From positions 960,001 through 1,024,000 of the forward strand of contig CAXXHO010000003.1 in NCBI GenBank assembly GCA_963667725.2: 64,000 bases of DNA, read 5' to 3'. The notes beneath the pieces are model-generated. The model was not told the DNA's origin, did not search any database, and saw only the letters and a list, made by a program, of their open reading frames with translations. The translations under genes and the position numbers were made by a program. Shown in pieces: positions 55,893 through 64,000 of the stretch (its first letter is position 1; the number at the start of each line of letters is the position of its first letter). Origin of the DNA: Treponemataceae bacterium (GTDB lineage: Bacteria > Spirochaetota > Spirochaetia > Treponematales > Rectinemataceae).

Positions 55893-56463
55893 TCGGAGCG
55901 TCGCTGTCCTTCTGCTGGCGTTCTGGCCCATCTTCGGTAACGGACAGGCGCAGGAATTGCCGTCGGCGGCTTCTCCTCCCATCGTGGATATTTCCAGCCT
56001 TCTGCCTCCCGTCAGAGGCCTCGATTTCAACGAGCCCCGCGAGGAGGTAGGTAGGACGGGGACTATCCTGCCCGACGAGGCGGCCGTGGATGGGCTTTCC
56101 CTCATAGCGGGGGCGCTGGCCTGGCTAGGGACGCCCTACCAGCTCGGCGGCTCCTCGCGTTCCGGTGTCGACTGTTCGGGTTTCGTCTCCAGGGTGCTCT
56201 ACGCGGCCGTGCCGAAGCTAGGGCCCTTCCCGAGGCGCAGCGACGAGTTCTCGGCCGTCGGCGAGAAATCCGCGACGATCGAACCCGGCGATATCCTGCT
56301 GTTCGCCTACGATCAGGCGATCTACCACGTGGGCTTCGCCCTGAGCGCGAGCACCTTCATCCATTCAGCGTCGGAGGGGGCGAGGACGGGCGTCATCATC
56401 TCCAGCCTCTATGAGGGCAACTGGAGCGCAAGGCTCTACGGAGTCCGCCGACTTAAAATATGA
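55882..56463 (+). CDS. NlpC/P60 (C40) family peptidase with signal peptide
   Basis: LGTPYQLGG, DCSGF, PGDILLF, HVG and FIHS. Confidence 0.88.
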   Translation: MRINRSVAVLLLAFWPIFGNGQAQELPSAASPPIVDISSLLPPVRGLDFNEPREEVGRTGTILPDEAAVDGLSLIAGALAWLGTPYQLGGSSRSGVDCSGFVSRVLYAAVPKLGPFPRRSDEFSAVGEKSATIEPGDILLFAYDQAIYHVGFALSASTFIHSASEGARTGVIISSLYEGNWSARLYGVRRLKI

Positions 56464-56490
56464 AAAAAGCCGCTTTTAAGCGGCTTTTTT
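56463..56490. terminator. Bidirectional intrinsic terminator
   Basis: aaaaaagccgctt-tt-aagcggctttttt between the convergent nlpC-like gene and greA. Confidence 0.9.
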
Positions 56491-56524
56491 ATTGGATCGG
56501 TTCAGGCCAGCGGCTTCGCGGCAA

Positions 56525-59209
56525 TCAAAGATCAGCCACCTCGATGCTCTCGATGAGGTACTGGAACTTTCTGTCGTGTATCGCGAAGGTCAGGCGCTCT
56601 CCCACTTTATGGTTGAAAAGCTTCTTGCCGAGGGGCGAGAGGTAGGAAATGATGTCCTTGGCCGGGTCGGATTCCCAGGGGCCGAGGATCGTATAATATT
56701 CCTTTTCGCCGGTCAGTTCGTTGGTGAGGGTCGCCTTCGTGCCGAAGGATATCTTTGTGGTCGTGATCGTGGATTTGTCGAAGATCTGGGCTTTTTCCAG
56801 CTCATTCTTTAGCTTCCCGACCTTGGCGTTCAGCTCGTCCTGCTTCTCCTTGGAAGCCTTGTATTCGGCGTTCTCCCGCAGATCCCCAAGGGACAGGGCG
56901 AAGGCGATTTCCTTCTGGTTCAGCGGCACGTCCACTTCCATGATCGACTGGAGGAGCTTCTGCTTTTCCGAATATTTTTCCGAGGTGACGATAAGTCCGC
57001 GCGAAACGGTGAGCTTTTCCTCCTCGCCGAAGAAGCGGAGGTTGGGATACTTTTCGGAAATCTTGTGCTTGATGCTCAGCTTGATCGCGGGATCCACTTC
57101 CTTGATGTCCATGAGGAGGGCGTAGACGCGCTCCGTGGTCTCGATGTTGGTCTCGAGGAGGAACTTCTCGAGGACGTTTTCCTTGAAGAGGATGTTCTGG
57201 ACCAGCCTGTTGACCTTGCGGTTTTCGGAGGTGTCCTTGTGGTTGTCGATTTCCTTGAACGTGATGTCGAGAATGTGGAGCAGAGTGAGGAGAATCTTCT
57301 CGTACACGATGCCGAGCTCTGCGAACCAGGGCTCCTCGCGCAGATCCTTGATGAGCCAGATGAAGGCTTCCCGGTAGTCCTTGTAGTTCTCGACGATGTC
57401 CATGCCCATCTTCTTGAGCTTGGCTGAATGTCCCGCTGTCTTGAGCGCGTCGAGCATGCGCATGGAACGGGCATAGGGCAGCAGCTTGATATAGATTTCC
57501 GGCCAGCTGGGGATGAAGTTCTTGATGTGCAGGATATAGGCGTTCCTGAGATCGCTGTCCTTGAGGTTCAGGTATATGGCCAGGGGATTATCTATCTGGG
57601 CGAAAAGATCGGCGAACTTTATCTGGACGCCCTGCTGGAGTCTCGGGTACTTGGTCGCGAGTTCCTTCAGGAGGAGGTAGGAAGCGATGACGTGCTCATC
57701 CACCGACTGGTATGATTTGAGGAAACTCTGGAAATAGGTGAGCATCTCCGAGAAATAATCGGAATCGAAATCGTTGGTCTCGATGTAATCCCTGAAATAC
57801 ACGACGCGGTCGAAATAATTCTTCTCGGCCTTGAACTGGATGTAAACCTTTTCCTCGTAGGAAAGCGGCCTGTCCCTGACGATGAAGGTCGAGATGTCGT
57901 CGGCGGCGTTGCCGAAGGAAGCGTCGGTCTTGAGAATTTCCTTGGCCTTAGCGCTCCAGCTGTTCCATTCGCTGGCGGTGAGGACGGCGGGCACGAGTTC
58001 CGCCTTTACGCGCTTCAGTTCGGCCTTGTTGTCGAAGCTCTTTATGATGTTCTTGAGCGTCCAGACGATGTCGGTCTTGACCTTTTCGCGAAGCTTGTCC
58101 TTGGGCCAGATGGCCTTGAGCACCCAAATATGATCCTTGGAAAGGGGCATGAGGCTGTCGATGGCCATCTTCAGGGACATCTTATGCCCTCTGGACTTCG
58201 CGAAATCGATGGTGACCTCGTCTCCCTTGACCACCGCGATGCGGCCGATGTTCCAGGTCCTGTGGAAGACGAAGTTGCCCACGTCGAAGACGATGTGCTT
58301 TTCGAAATCGTCCATCGCTTCATGCAGGGCGCGGTATGATTGGTTGATATTGGAGAGCTTGAGATAGTCCTGGAGCCTGGAGTGCCCGGCGTACTTGCCC
58401 GAATAGCACTCGATGAGCTCCTTGCGCATGGCGGGATTTTTCTCGTCGTAATCGATGACCAGTTTCAGGATATCGAGGGCAGTGCTCCATTCCTTTTTGG
58501 CCTTGTAGTTCGCGTAGAGATCCATGAGCAGCATGGCGGCCTTGTCCGGGGAGATCACAGAGGCGATTTTTTTCTGGACATGGAAGAAATAATCGATGTC
58601 CTCGGGACAATAATCGACGAGCTTGAGCCATATCTCGCGAACGTTGGTGGGCAGACCCTTGTTGATGTAGCGCAGGAGGGCTTTCTTGTAGAAGTCGATC
58701 GCGTCCTCGCGAAGCCCGAGCTTGTCTTTGCGCTCGGCGATCAACTTGACGATGTCCGCTTCCTCGTAGTCTATCTTGATGAGCCTTTCCCAAGTCGCAT
58801 AACGCTCTTCGATCTTGTCGTCGCTCTCATAGCATTCCGCGAGGCGGGCGAGGGCGATCCTGTTCTCGCCATAGTCGAGAATCCTCAGGCATACGAACTC
58901 GACGATGTTCGTGCGCTTGCCTTCCGCGAAAAGATCCATGAGCTGGGTAAGGTAGGATTCATCGGAAGGCTGCTTTCGCAGGGCGATGATGCCGGCCACA
59001 TAGAGAGCGATGACGCTGCTTTTCGTCTGCGTGAGATGTTCGTCGCAAACCTGGAAAAGTTCATCTACGGCAGAGCTTGCTTCGGCCTCTTCGATAAGTG
59101 CATCCAGCTCTTTCAGGCTGTTGACGGAATAGTTCTGGAGCGTCGATCTCGTCCATTTCTCTTCGTTGAGCATTTCTTGCACTTTGCCAGCAAGCTGGGT
59201 TTCTGCCAT
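56525..59209 (-). CDS. greA: Long-form transcription elongation factor GreA (~894 aa, N-terminal helical extension)
   Basis: C-terminal GDLRENAEY, ILGPWESDP and ISYLSPLG. AGAGGAG Shine-Dalgarno before ATG 59209. Confidence 0.92.
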   Translation of the reverse strand: MAETQLAGKVQEMLNEEKWTRSTLQNYSVNSLKELDALIEEAEASSAVDELFQVCDEHLTQTKSSVIALYVAGIIALRKQPSDESYLTQLMDLFAEGKRTNIVEFVCLRILDYGENRIALARLAECYESDDKIEERYATWERLIKIDYEEADIVKLIAERKDKLGLREDAIDFYKKALLRYINKGLPTNVREIWLKLVDYCPEDIDYFFHVQKKIASVISPDKAAMLLMDLYANYKAKKEWSTALDILKLVIDYDEKNPAMRKELIECYSGKYAGHSRLQDYLKLSNINQSYRALHEAMDDFEKHIVFDVGNFVFHRTWNIGRIAVVKGDEVTIDFAKSRGHKMSLKMAIDSLMPLSKDHIWVLKAIWPKDKLREKVKTDIVWTLKNIIKSFDNKAELKRVKAELVPAVLTASEWNSWSAKAKEILKTDASFGNAADDISTFIVRDRPLSYEEKVYIQFKAEKNYFDRVVYFRDYIETNDFDSDYFSEMLTYFQSFLKSYQSVDEHVIASYLLLKELATKYPRLQQGVQIKFADLFAQIDNPLAIYLNLKDSDLRNAYILHIKNFIPSWPEIYIKLLPYARSMRMLDALKTAGHSAKLKKMGMDIVENYKDYREAFIWLIKDLREEPWFAELGIVYEKILLTLLHILDITFKEIDNHKDTSENRKVNRLVQNILFKENVLEKFLLETNIETTERVYALLMDIKEVDPAIKLSIKHKISEKYPNLRFFGEEEKLTVSRGLIVTSEKYSEKQKLLQSIMEVDVPLNQKEIAFALSLGDLRENAEYKASKEKQDELNAKVGKLKNELEKAQIFDKSTITTTKISFGTKATLTNELTGEKEYYTILGPWESDPAKDIISYLSPLGKKLFNHKVGERLTFAIHDRKFQYLIESIEVADL

Positions 59210-59222
59210 AGCGTTCTCCTCT

Positions 59223-60167
59223 CTATGATACATACTGCTTGAAGATATCCTCATCGAGCAGCCGGATTTTCAGCAATATTTTTTCGCTCCGCGCCTTTTC
59301 GGCGCCGGACGCCTCGTAATGATCCAGAATCCAGAAATATCGGTTCAGAAGGCGAGGCTTCAGCGTGGCGCTCATCGCGGGATTCTCGCGGAGATCGTTC
59401 TCCAGCTGGAACATGGAAGAATTGAGCCGTGAACTTTCCGAAGGCCCCAGTTCGCGCTTTACCCCGAACAGACCGGTGAGTTCACCGTAGACCGGAATCC
59501 ATTCGGGAACTTCCTTTTCCGGAAATCCCTTTCCCTTCGCTATTTCGACGAGTTTATGGATCGTATCGGATTCCAGCAACTCGAGATCTATCTTGTCGGG
59601 GCCAATAAAAAAGGCCTCCCGGAAAAGAACCTTGGATTGGCGATGCTCTCCCGAAAGGGCATGGCAGTCGGCCAGTTCAGCCAGATAGCGCGCCTCATCC
59701 TTCCTGCACTTCACCGCCCGCTCAAGGTGCTGCTGCGCCGTCTCGTAATCGCCCAGGGCTTTCCGGCATCTTCCCAGGCGGAAATCGAATTCGGAGCCGA
59801 GGGCCGCCTTTTCCTCATCGGGAATGGCCAGGAAAAAATCCAGCGCCACGCTGAAAGCCATACGCCTGAAAGCGTATTTCGCCATCTCGAAATCGCCGGT
59901 GATCCGCGAGAGGAAAGACTGGAAGGTCTTCCACCTCGCCATGATCTGGTCGCCTTTCAGAAGAGGCGTCTCCAGTTGGCCCGCCTCATCGATTCGTTCG
60001 CGCCAGAACTGTGCGCACTTCATGGAAAAAAGGACCTCGCCGTTGTCAAAATCCTCATAAAGCGCTTCGTCGAAAAATCGTGAAGCGTTGCCGAGATCGG
60101 CGTTCTTGAGGCATTCATATCCCAGTGCCAGAAGCGAAGGGACGCGATCTAGGTTTACCATGTACAT
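59223..60167 (-). CDS. TPR-like hypothetical protein upstream of greA
   Basis: Helical TPR-like segments (LGRCRKALGDYETA, YLAELADCHALSG, LFREAFFI). TTGACT-18 nt-TAGTAT promoter upstream. Confidence 0.75.
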   Translation of the reverse strand: MYMVNLDRVPSLLALGYECLKNADLGNASRFFDEALYEDFDNGEVLFSMKCAQFWRERIDEAGQLETPLLKGDQIMARWKTFQSFLSRITGDFEMAKYAFRRMAFSVALDFFLAIPDEEKAALGSEFDFRLGRCRKALGDYETAQQHLERAVKCRKDEARYLAELADCHALSGEHRQSKVLFREAFFIGPDKIDLELLESDTIHKLVEIAKGKGFPEKEVPEWIPVYGELTGLFGVKRELGPSESSRLNSSMFQLENDLRENPAMSATLKPRLLNRYFWILDHYEASGAEKARSEKILLKIRLLDEDIFKQYVS

Positions 60168-60319
60168 CCAGTTCCGAACATCACTATCTTTTCATACTAA
60201 CCCATCGTTGCGGAAAGAGTCAATCGTTGACAGGATTTCCATGCTTTCGCTGAAGGATGGATGAATTCACGTAAAGAAAACCGGTGGAAAATTTAGGGCC
60301 ATGATGTTACTATTCAGAT

Positions 60320-60994
60320 ATGAATTTTCCTTTGATCGCTCCCTCCATCCTTTCCGCCGATTTTACGGATATTTCTTCCGGCCTTGAGGCCGTGAAGCGT
60401 TCCGGAGCCGACTGGATTCACCTGGACGTAATGGATGGGCGTTTCGTGCCGCCCATCACCTTCGGCGCGAAGATGGTATCCGATATCCGCGCCCGAACGA
60501 CCCTCCCGCTCGACGTTCATCTCATGACGGAAGAGCCGGAACGGATGATTCCGGAATTCGCCGAAGCCTGCGCCGACATCATTACCTTCCACGCGGAGGC
60601 ATGCGTCCATGCGCACCGCGCGATCCAGACCATTCGCGAGTGCGGAAAAAAGGCAGGTCTTTCGATCGTTCCATCCACCCCGCTGTCGTCCATTGTCGAG
60701 TTGCTTCCTTTCGTCGATCTTGTCCTCATAATGACGGTCAATCCGGGATATGGGGGACAGAAGCTTCTTCCTTTCTGCCTGGAGAAAATCAAGCGTCTGA
60801 AGGACATGCGTTCTTCCATGAAGCTGGAGTTTCTGATCTCGGCCGATGGGGGCATAGGCCCTTCGACTATCGCCGAAGTCGCCGATGCCGGTCCCGAGGT
60901 CCTTGTCATCGGCTCGGCGTTTTTCAATGCCGAAGACAGGGATTCCGTCGTTCGCGACATGCGGAACGCATACAGGAAGAAGGCCGTCTGTTGA
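60320..60994 (+). CDS. rpe: Ribulose-phosphate 3-epimerase
   Basis: IAPSILSADF, HLDVMDG, DVHLM, MTVNPGYGGQ and DGG. Confidence 0.96.
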   Translation: MNFPLIAPSILSADFTDISSGLEAVKRSGADWIHLDVMDGRFVPPITFGAKMVSDIRARTTLPLDVHLMTEEPERMIPEFAEACADIITFHAEACVHAHRAIQTIRECGKKAGLSIVPSTPLSSIVELLPFVDLVLIMTVNPGYGGQKLLPFCLEKIKRLKDMRSSMKLEFLISADGGIGPSTIAEVADAGPEVLVIGSAFFNAEDRDSVVRDMRNAYRKKAVC

Positions 60995-61052
60995 GTCTCG
61001 TCCCATTCGCAAGCGCGGAGGCGTCGAAAGCTTTCCTCAAGAGGGCGAAGCG

Positions 61053-61514
61053 ATGAGAGCCGTCGTACAGAGAGTATCCTCGGCGAGCGTGACGATAGGA
61101 AAGGCCGATAGCGTCGTTGTAGCCGGAGCCATCGACCAGGGCCTTCTCGTGTATCTCGGCGTGGGCAAGGAAGATTCCGAAAAGGACGCCGAATACCTGG
61201 CGGAAAAGGTCGCCCATCTCCGCATATTCATGGACGATGAGGAAAAAATGAATCTATCCCTCGTCGATCTCGGCTATGGGGTTTTGGCGGTTTCCCAGTT
61301 CACCCTCTATGCGGACGCAAGGAAGGGAAGACGTCCGTCTTACTCGGACGCGGCCGGAAACGATGAGGCTCTCAGGCTTTACGAACATTTCTGCCGATCG
61401 CTCTCGGCCGGGGGAATCCATGTCGAGAAGGGGCGTTTCGGGGAAATCATGCGCGTCGCTTACGTGAACGAGGGTCCCATTACCATTCTCCTCGATTCCA
61501 AAAAACTGTTCTAG
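61053..61514 (+). CDS. dtd: D-aminoacyl-tRNA deacylase
   Basis: MRAVVQRV, SQFTL, KGRRPS and NEGPIT. Confidence 0.96.
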   Translation: MRAVVQRVSSASVTIGKADSVVVAGAIDQGLLVYLGVGKEDSEKDAEYLAEKVAHLRIFMDDEEKMNLSLVDLGYGVLAVSQFTLYADARKGRRPSYSDAAGNDEALRLYEHFCRSLSAGGIHVEKGRFGEIMRVAYVNEGPITILLDSKKLF

Positions 61515-61542
61515 GAAATTACCGAGGCGAGGTCGCCGGAAT

Positions 61543-61580
61543 AAAAAAAGGGTTGTCCGTTTCCGGACAACCCTTTTTTA
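61543..61580. terminator. Bidirectional intrinsic terminator
   Basis: aaaaaagggttgtccg-tttc-cggacaaccctttttt between the convergent dtd and ppdK. Confidence 0.92.
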
Positions 61581-61607
61581 TTTGCTACATGGAGCCATTA
61601 AGTCTCA

Positions 61608-64000
61608 CTATTTCTTGGACGTTCCCTTGGGCCTGCCGACATGGCGTTTCGTGGAAATCGCCGCGGCGGTTTTCTTGGCTTTCACAGCCGCTTTGGCGGG
61701 GGCTTTCGCGGCTGTTTTGGTTGCTGTCTTGACAGCGGCCTTGACAGTCTTCTTGACGGCGGGCGTCTTGGTCGACAGCGCTTTCGCGGCCGCCGGCTTT
61801 CGTCCCCGAGTCGATTTGACTTTCTGAACCGCGCCTTTCTTGGCGGGGGCTTTCGCCGTCGGTTTGGCGCCTGCCTTGGAGGCTTTCGCGGTCTTGAGGG
61901 TTTTCGATGCCTTGGCTAAGGCCATGGCCTTTTCGGCCTTGGCGGCCGGTCTGCCGCGTTTTGCCTTGACGTCGGCCGCTTTCACGGCGACTTTTTTGGC
62001 GGCGGCTACTGCCTTTTTAGCCGGCGCTTTCACCGTCTTGGCGGCCTTGGCCGCGGCTTTTTCCTCGATAACAGCCTGAGCCGCCGCGAGGCGGGCGATG
62101 GGCACGCGGAAAGGCGAGCAGGAAACGTAGTTCATTCCCGCCGCGTGGCAGAATTTGACGGATTTGGCTTCGCCGCCGTGTTCGCCGCAGATGCCTACCT
62201 TGAGATTCTTGCGCGTTGAGCGGCCGCCGGCTATGCCCATTTTCACGAGCTTGCCTACGCCTGCCTGATCGATGCTGACGAAGGGATCGTTCGCGAAGAT
62301 CTCTTTTCCGCCTTCCTTCTCCGCCTTTACGTAGTCGGGGAGGAATCGGCCGGCGTCGTCGCGTGAGAGGCCTAAGGTCATCTGGGTGAGGTCGTTCGTC
62401 CCGAAGGAGAAGAATTCCGCTTCCTCGGCGATCTCGTCGGCGAGGAGGGCGGCGCGGGGAATCTCGATCATCGTGCCGACCATGTAGGTGATCTTGGATT
62501 TTGCCTTGGCGATGATAGGATCGGCCACTCCCCTCGTCTGATCGGCGAGGATCTTGAACTCTTTCCTGTCGATGGTGAGGGGTATCATGATCTCAGGGAG
62601 CACTTTGATGCCCTTCTTCTCCATGTTGACGGCGGCCTGGATGATGGCGGTCACCTGCATGTCGAGAATCTCGGGGTAGGTGATGCAGAGGCGGCAGCCG
62701 CGGTGGCCGAGCATGGGGTTGGATTCGTGGAGCTGGTCGCAGCGCATCTTGATGAATTCGGGGGTCTTGCCGGTGATCTTGGCGAGCTTGTCGACGCCCG
62801 CGTCGTCCTTGGGGGTAAACTCGTGAAGGGGAGGGTCGATGAGGCGGATGGTGACGGGTTTGCCGTTCATGGCCTCGAAGATGCCCTCGAAATCGCCCTG
62901 CTGGAAGGGAAGGAGCTTGGCGAGCGCCTTCTTGCGGGTTTCGACATCGTCGGCGATGATCATTTCCTGGATGGCAAGCTGACGCTTTTCCGAATTGGCC
63001 GGGACTTTGAAATCTTTGAAGAACATGTGTTCGGTACGGCAGAGGCCGATGCCTTCGGCGCCGAGCTCGACAGCCTTCTGAGCGTCGTGGGGAGTGTCGG
63101 CGTTGGTGCGGACCTTGAGGGTGCGGATTTCGTCGCACCAGCCAAGCAGCGTCTTGAATTCCTTGGTCTGTTCGGGCTTTTTCAGGGGGAGAGCGCTGAT
63201 GAATACGTCGCCGGTGGTGCCGTTGATGGTCACTTCATCGCCCTGCTTGAGAATCTTGCCGCCGACTTTTACGGTCTTGGCCTTCTCGTCGATATCGAGG
63301 GCTTCGCAGCCTACGATGCAGCACTTGCCCCATCCGCGGGCCACGACGGCCGCGTGGGAAGTCTTGCCGCCGGTCGCGGTGAGGATTCCCTGGGCGGCGA
63401 ACATGCCGCCGACGTCTTCGGGGCTGGTTTCGCGGCGGATGAGAATGGTCTTCTCGCCGGCCAGAGCCATGGTTTCGGCGTCGGCGGCGTTGAACACGAG
63501 CTTGCCCGCGGCGGCGCCCGGGACGGCGTCGATGCCGGTGGCGAGCTTCAGTTCCTTGAGCTTGGCGGCGCCGGTGGCGGCGACGTCGATGATGGGATAG
63601 AAGACGCCCTCGATCTGCTCGGGTGTTATGCGGGAAATGGCTTCCGCCTTGGTGATGAGTCCTTCGTTGACCATATCCACCGCGATCTTGAAGGCCGCGG
63701 AGGGAAGGCGCTTGCCGGTGCGGCACTGAAGCATGTAGAGCTTCTCGTCTTCAATCGTGAACTCGAGATCCTGCATTTCCTTGAAGTTCTTCTCGAGGGT
63801 CTTGCGGACCTTGAGCAGCTGCTTGTAAGCCTTGGGAAGCTTGGTGCCGAGTTCGGCGAGCTTCATGGGCGTGCGGATTCCGGCGACGACATCTTCGCCC
63901 TGGGCGTTGATGAGGCAGTCGCCGTAGAAGACGTTCTCGCCGGAGTTGGGGTCGCGGGTAAAGCAGACGCCGGTGCCGGAGTTGTCGCCCTTGTTGCCGA
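61608..64000 (-). CDS. ppdK: Pyruvate phosphate dikinase, 5'-partial, with a ~150-aa Ala/Lys-rich C-terminal tail
   Basis: The frame is open to the window end (GNKGDNSGTGVCFTRDP...NAQGEDVVAGIRTP). Motifs GGKTSHAAVVAR, EGIGLCRTEHMF, SFGTNDLTQ, GICGEHGG and SPFRVPIARLAAAQ. Confidence 0.97.
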   Translation of the reverse strand, partial: GNKGDNSGTGVCFTRDPNSGENVFYGDCLINAQGEDVVAGIRTPMKLAELGTKLPKAYKQLLKVRKTLEKNFKEMQDLEFTIEDEKLYMLQCRTGKRLPSAAFKIAVDMVNEGLITKAEAISRITPEQIEGVFYPIIDVAATGAAKLKELKLATGIDAVPGAAAGKLVFNAADAETMALAGEKTILIRRETSPEDVGGMFAAQGILTATGGKTSHAAVVARGWGKCCIVGCEALDIDEKAKTVKVGGKILKQGDEVTINGTTGDVFISALPLKKPEQTKEFKTLLGWCDEIRTLKVRTNADTPHDAQKAVELGAEGIGLCRTEHMFFKDFKVPANSEKRQLAIQEMIIADDVETRKKALAKLLPFQQGDFEGIFEAMNGKPVTIRLIDPPLHEFTPKDDAGVDKLAKITGKTPEFIKMRCDQLHESNPMLGHRGCRLCITYPEILDMQVTAIIQAAVNMEKKGIKVLPEIMIPLTIDRKEFKILADQTRGVADPIIAKAKSKITYMVGTMIEIPRAALLADEIAEEAEFFSFGTNDLTQMTLGLSRDDAGRFLPDYVKAEKEGGKEIFANDPFVSIDQAGVGKLVKMGIAGGRSTRKNLKVGICGEHGGEAKSVKFCHAAGMNYVSCSPFRVPIARLAAAQAVIEEKAAAKAAKTVKAPAKKAVAAAKKVAVKAADVKAKRGRPAAKAEKAMALAKASKTLKTAKASKAGAKPTAKAPAKKGAVQKVKSTRGRKPAAAKALSTKTPAVKKTVKAAVKTATKTAAKAPAKAAVKAKKTAAAISTKRHVGRPKGTSKK

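Overview
A 64-kb, GC-rich chromosomal segment of mostly core genes, very likely from a free-living Spirochaetales bacterium (Treponema/Rectinema-like). The assignment is inferred from gene order typical of spirochaetes: smpB/lepB-lepB/hemW, then tmk-tamB-bamA-skp-mutS-comF-rimP-nusA-infB-rbfA-truB-ribF-rpsO-pnp, then lptF-lptG-tgt, plus a ~900-aa GreA. About 48 protein genes are supported. I found no rRNA, tRNA, CRISPR array, integrase, transposase or reverse transcriptase. The unusual features are inside housekeeping genes: (1) a 2911-aa TamB-like protein upstream of bamA, roughly doubled in length by an internal A-B-A-B array of 455-556-aa repeats; (2) an IF2 whose N-terminus has 17 YQG motifs and a 47-aa tandem duplication, giving a prion-like composition; (3) a pyruvate phosphate dikinase with a ~150-aa histone-H1-like Ala/Lys tail carrying AT-hook-like GRP/RGR motifs; (4) a TPR gene broken by one in-frame TAG followed directly by a hairpin; (5) a second signal peptidase I lacking the catalytic Lys; (6) about seven genes whose -10 box lies 6-8 nt before the ATG with no Shine-Dalgarno sequence (candidate leaderless mRNAs); (7) a candidate rimP-nusA leader attenuator and a nested palindrome at the queA/tmk junction. 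All functional calls come from recognising motifs by eye; no database searches were run.
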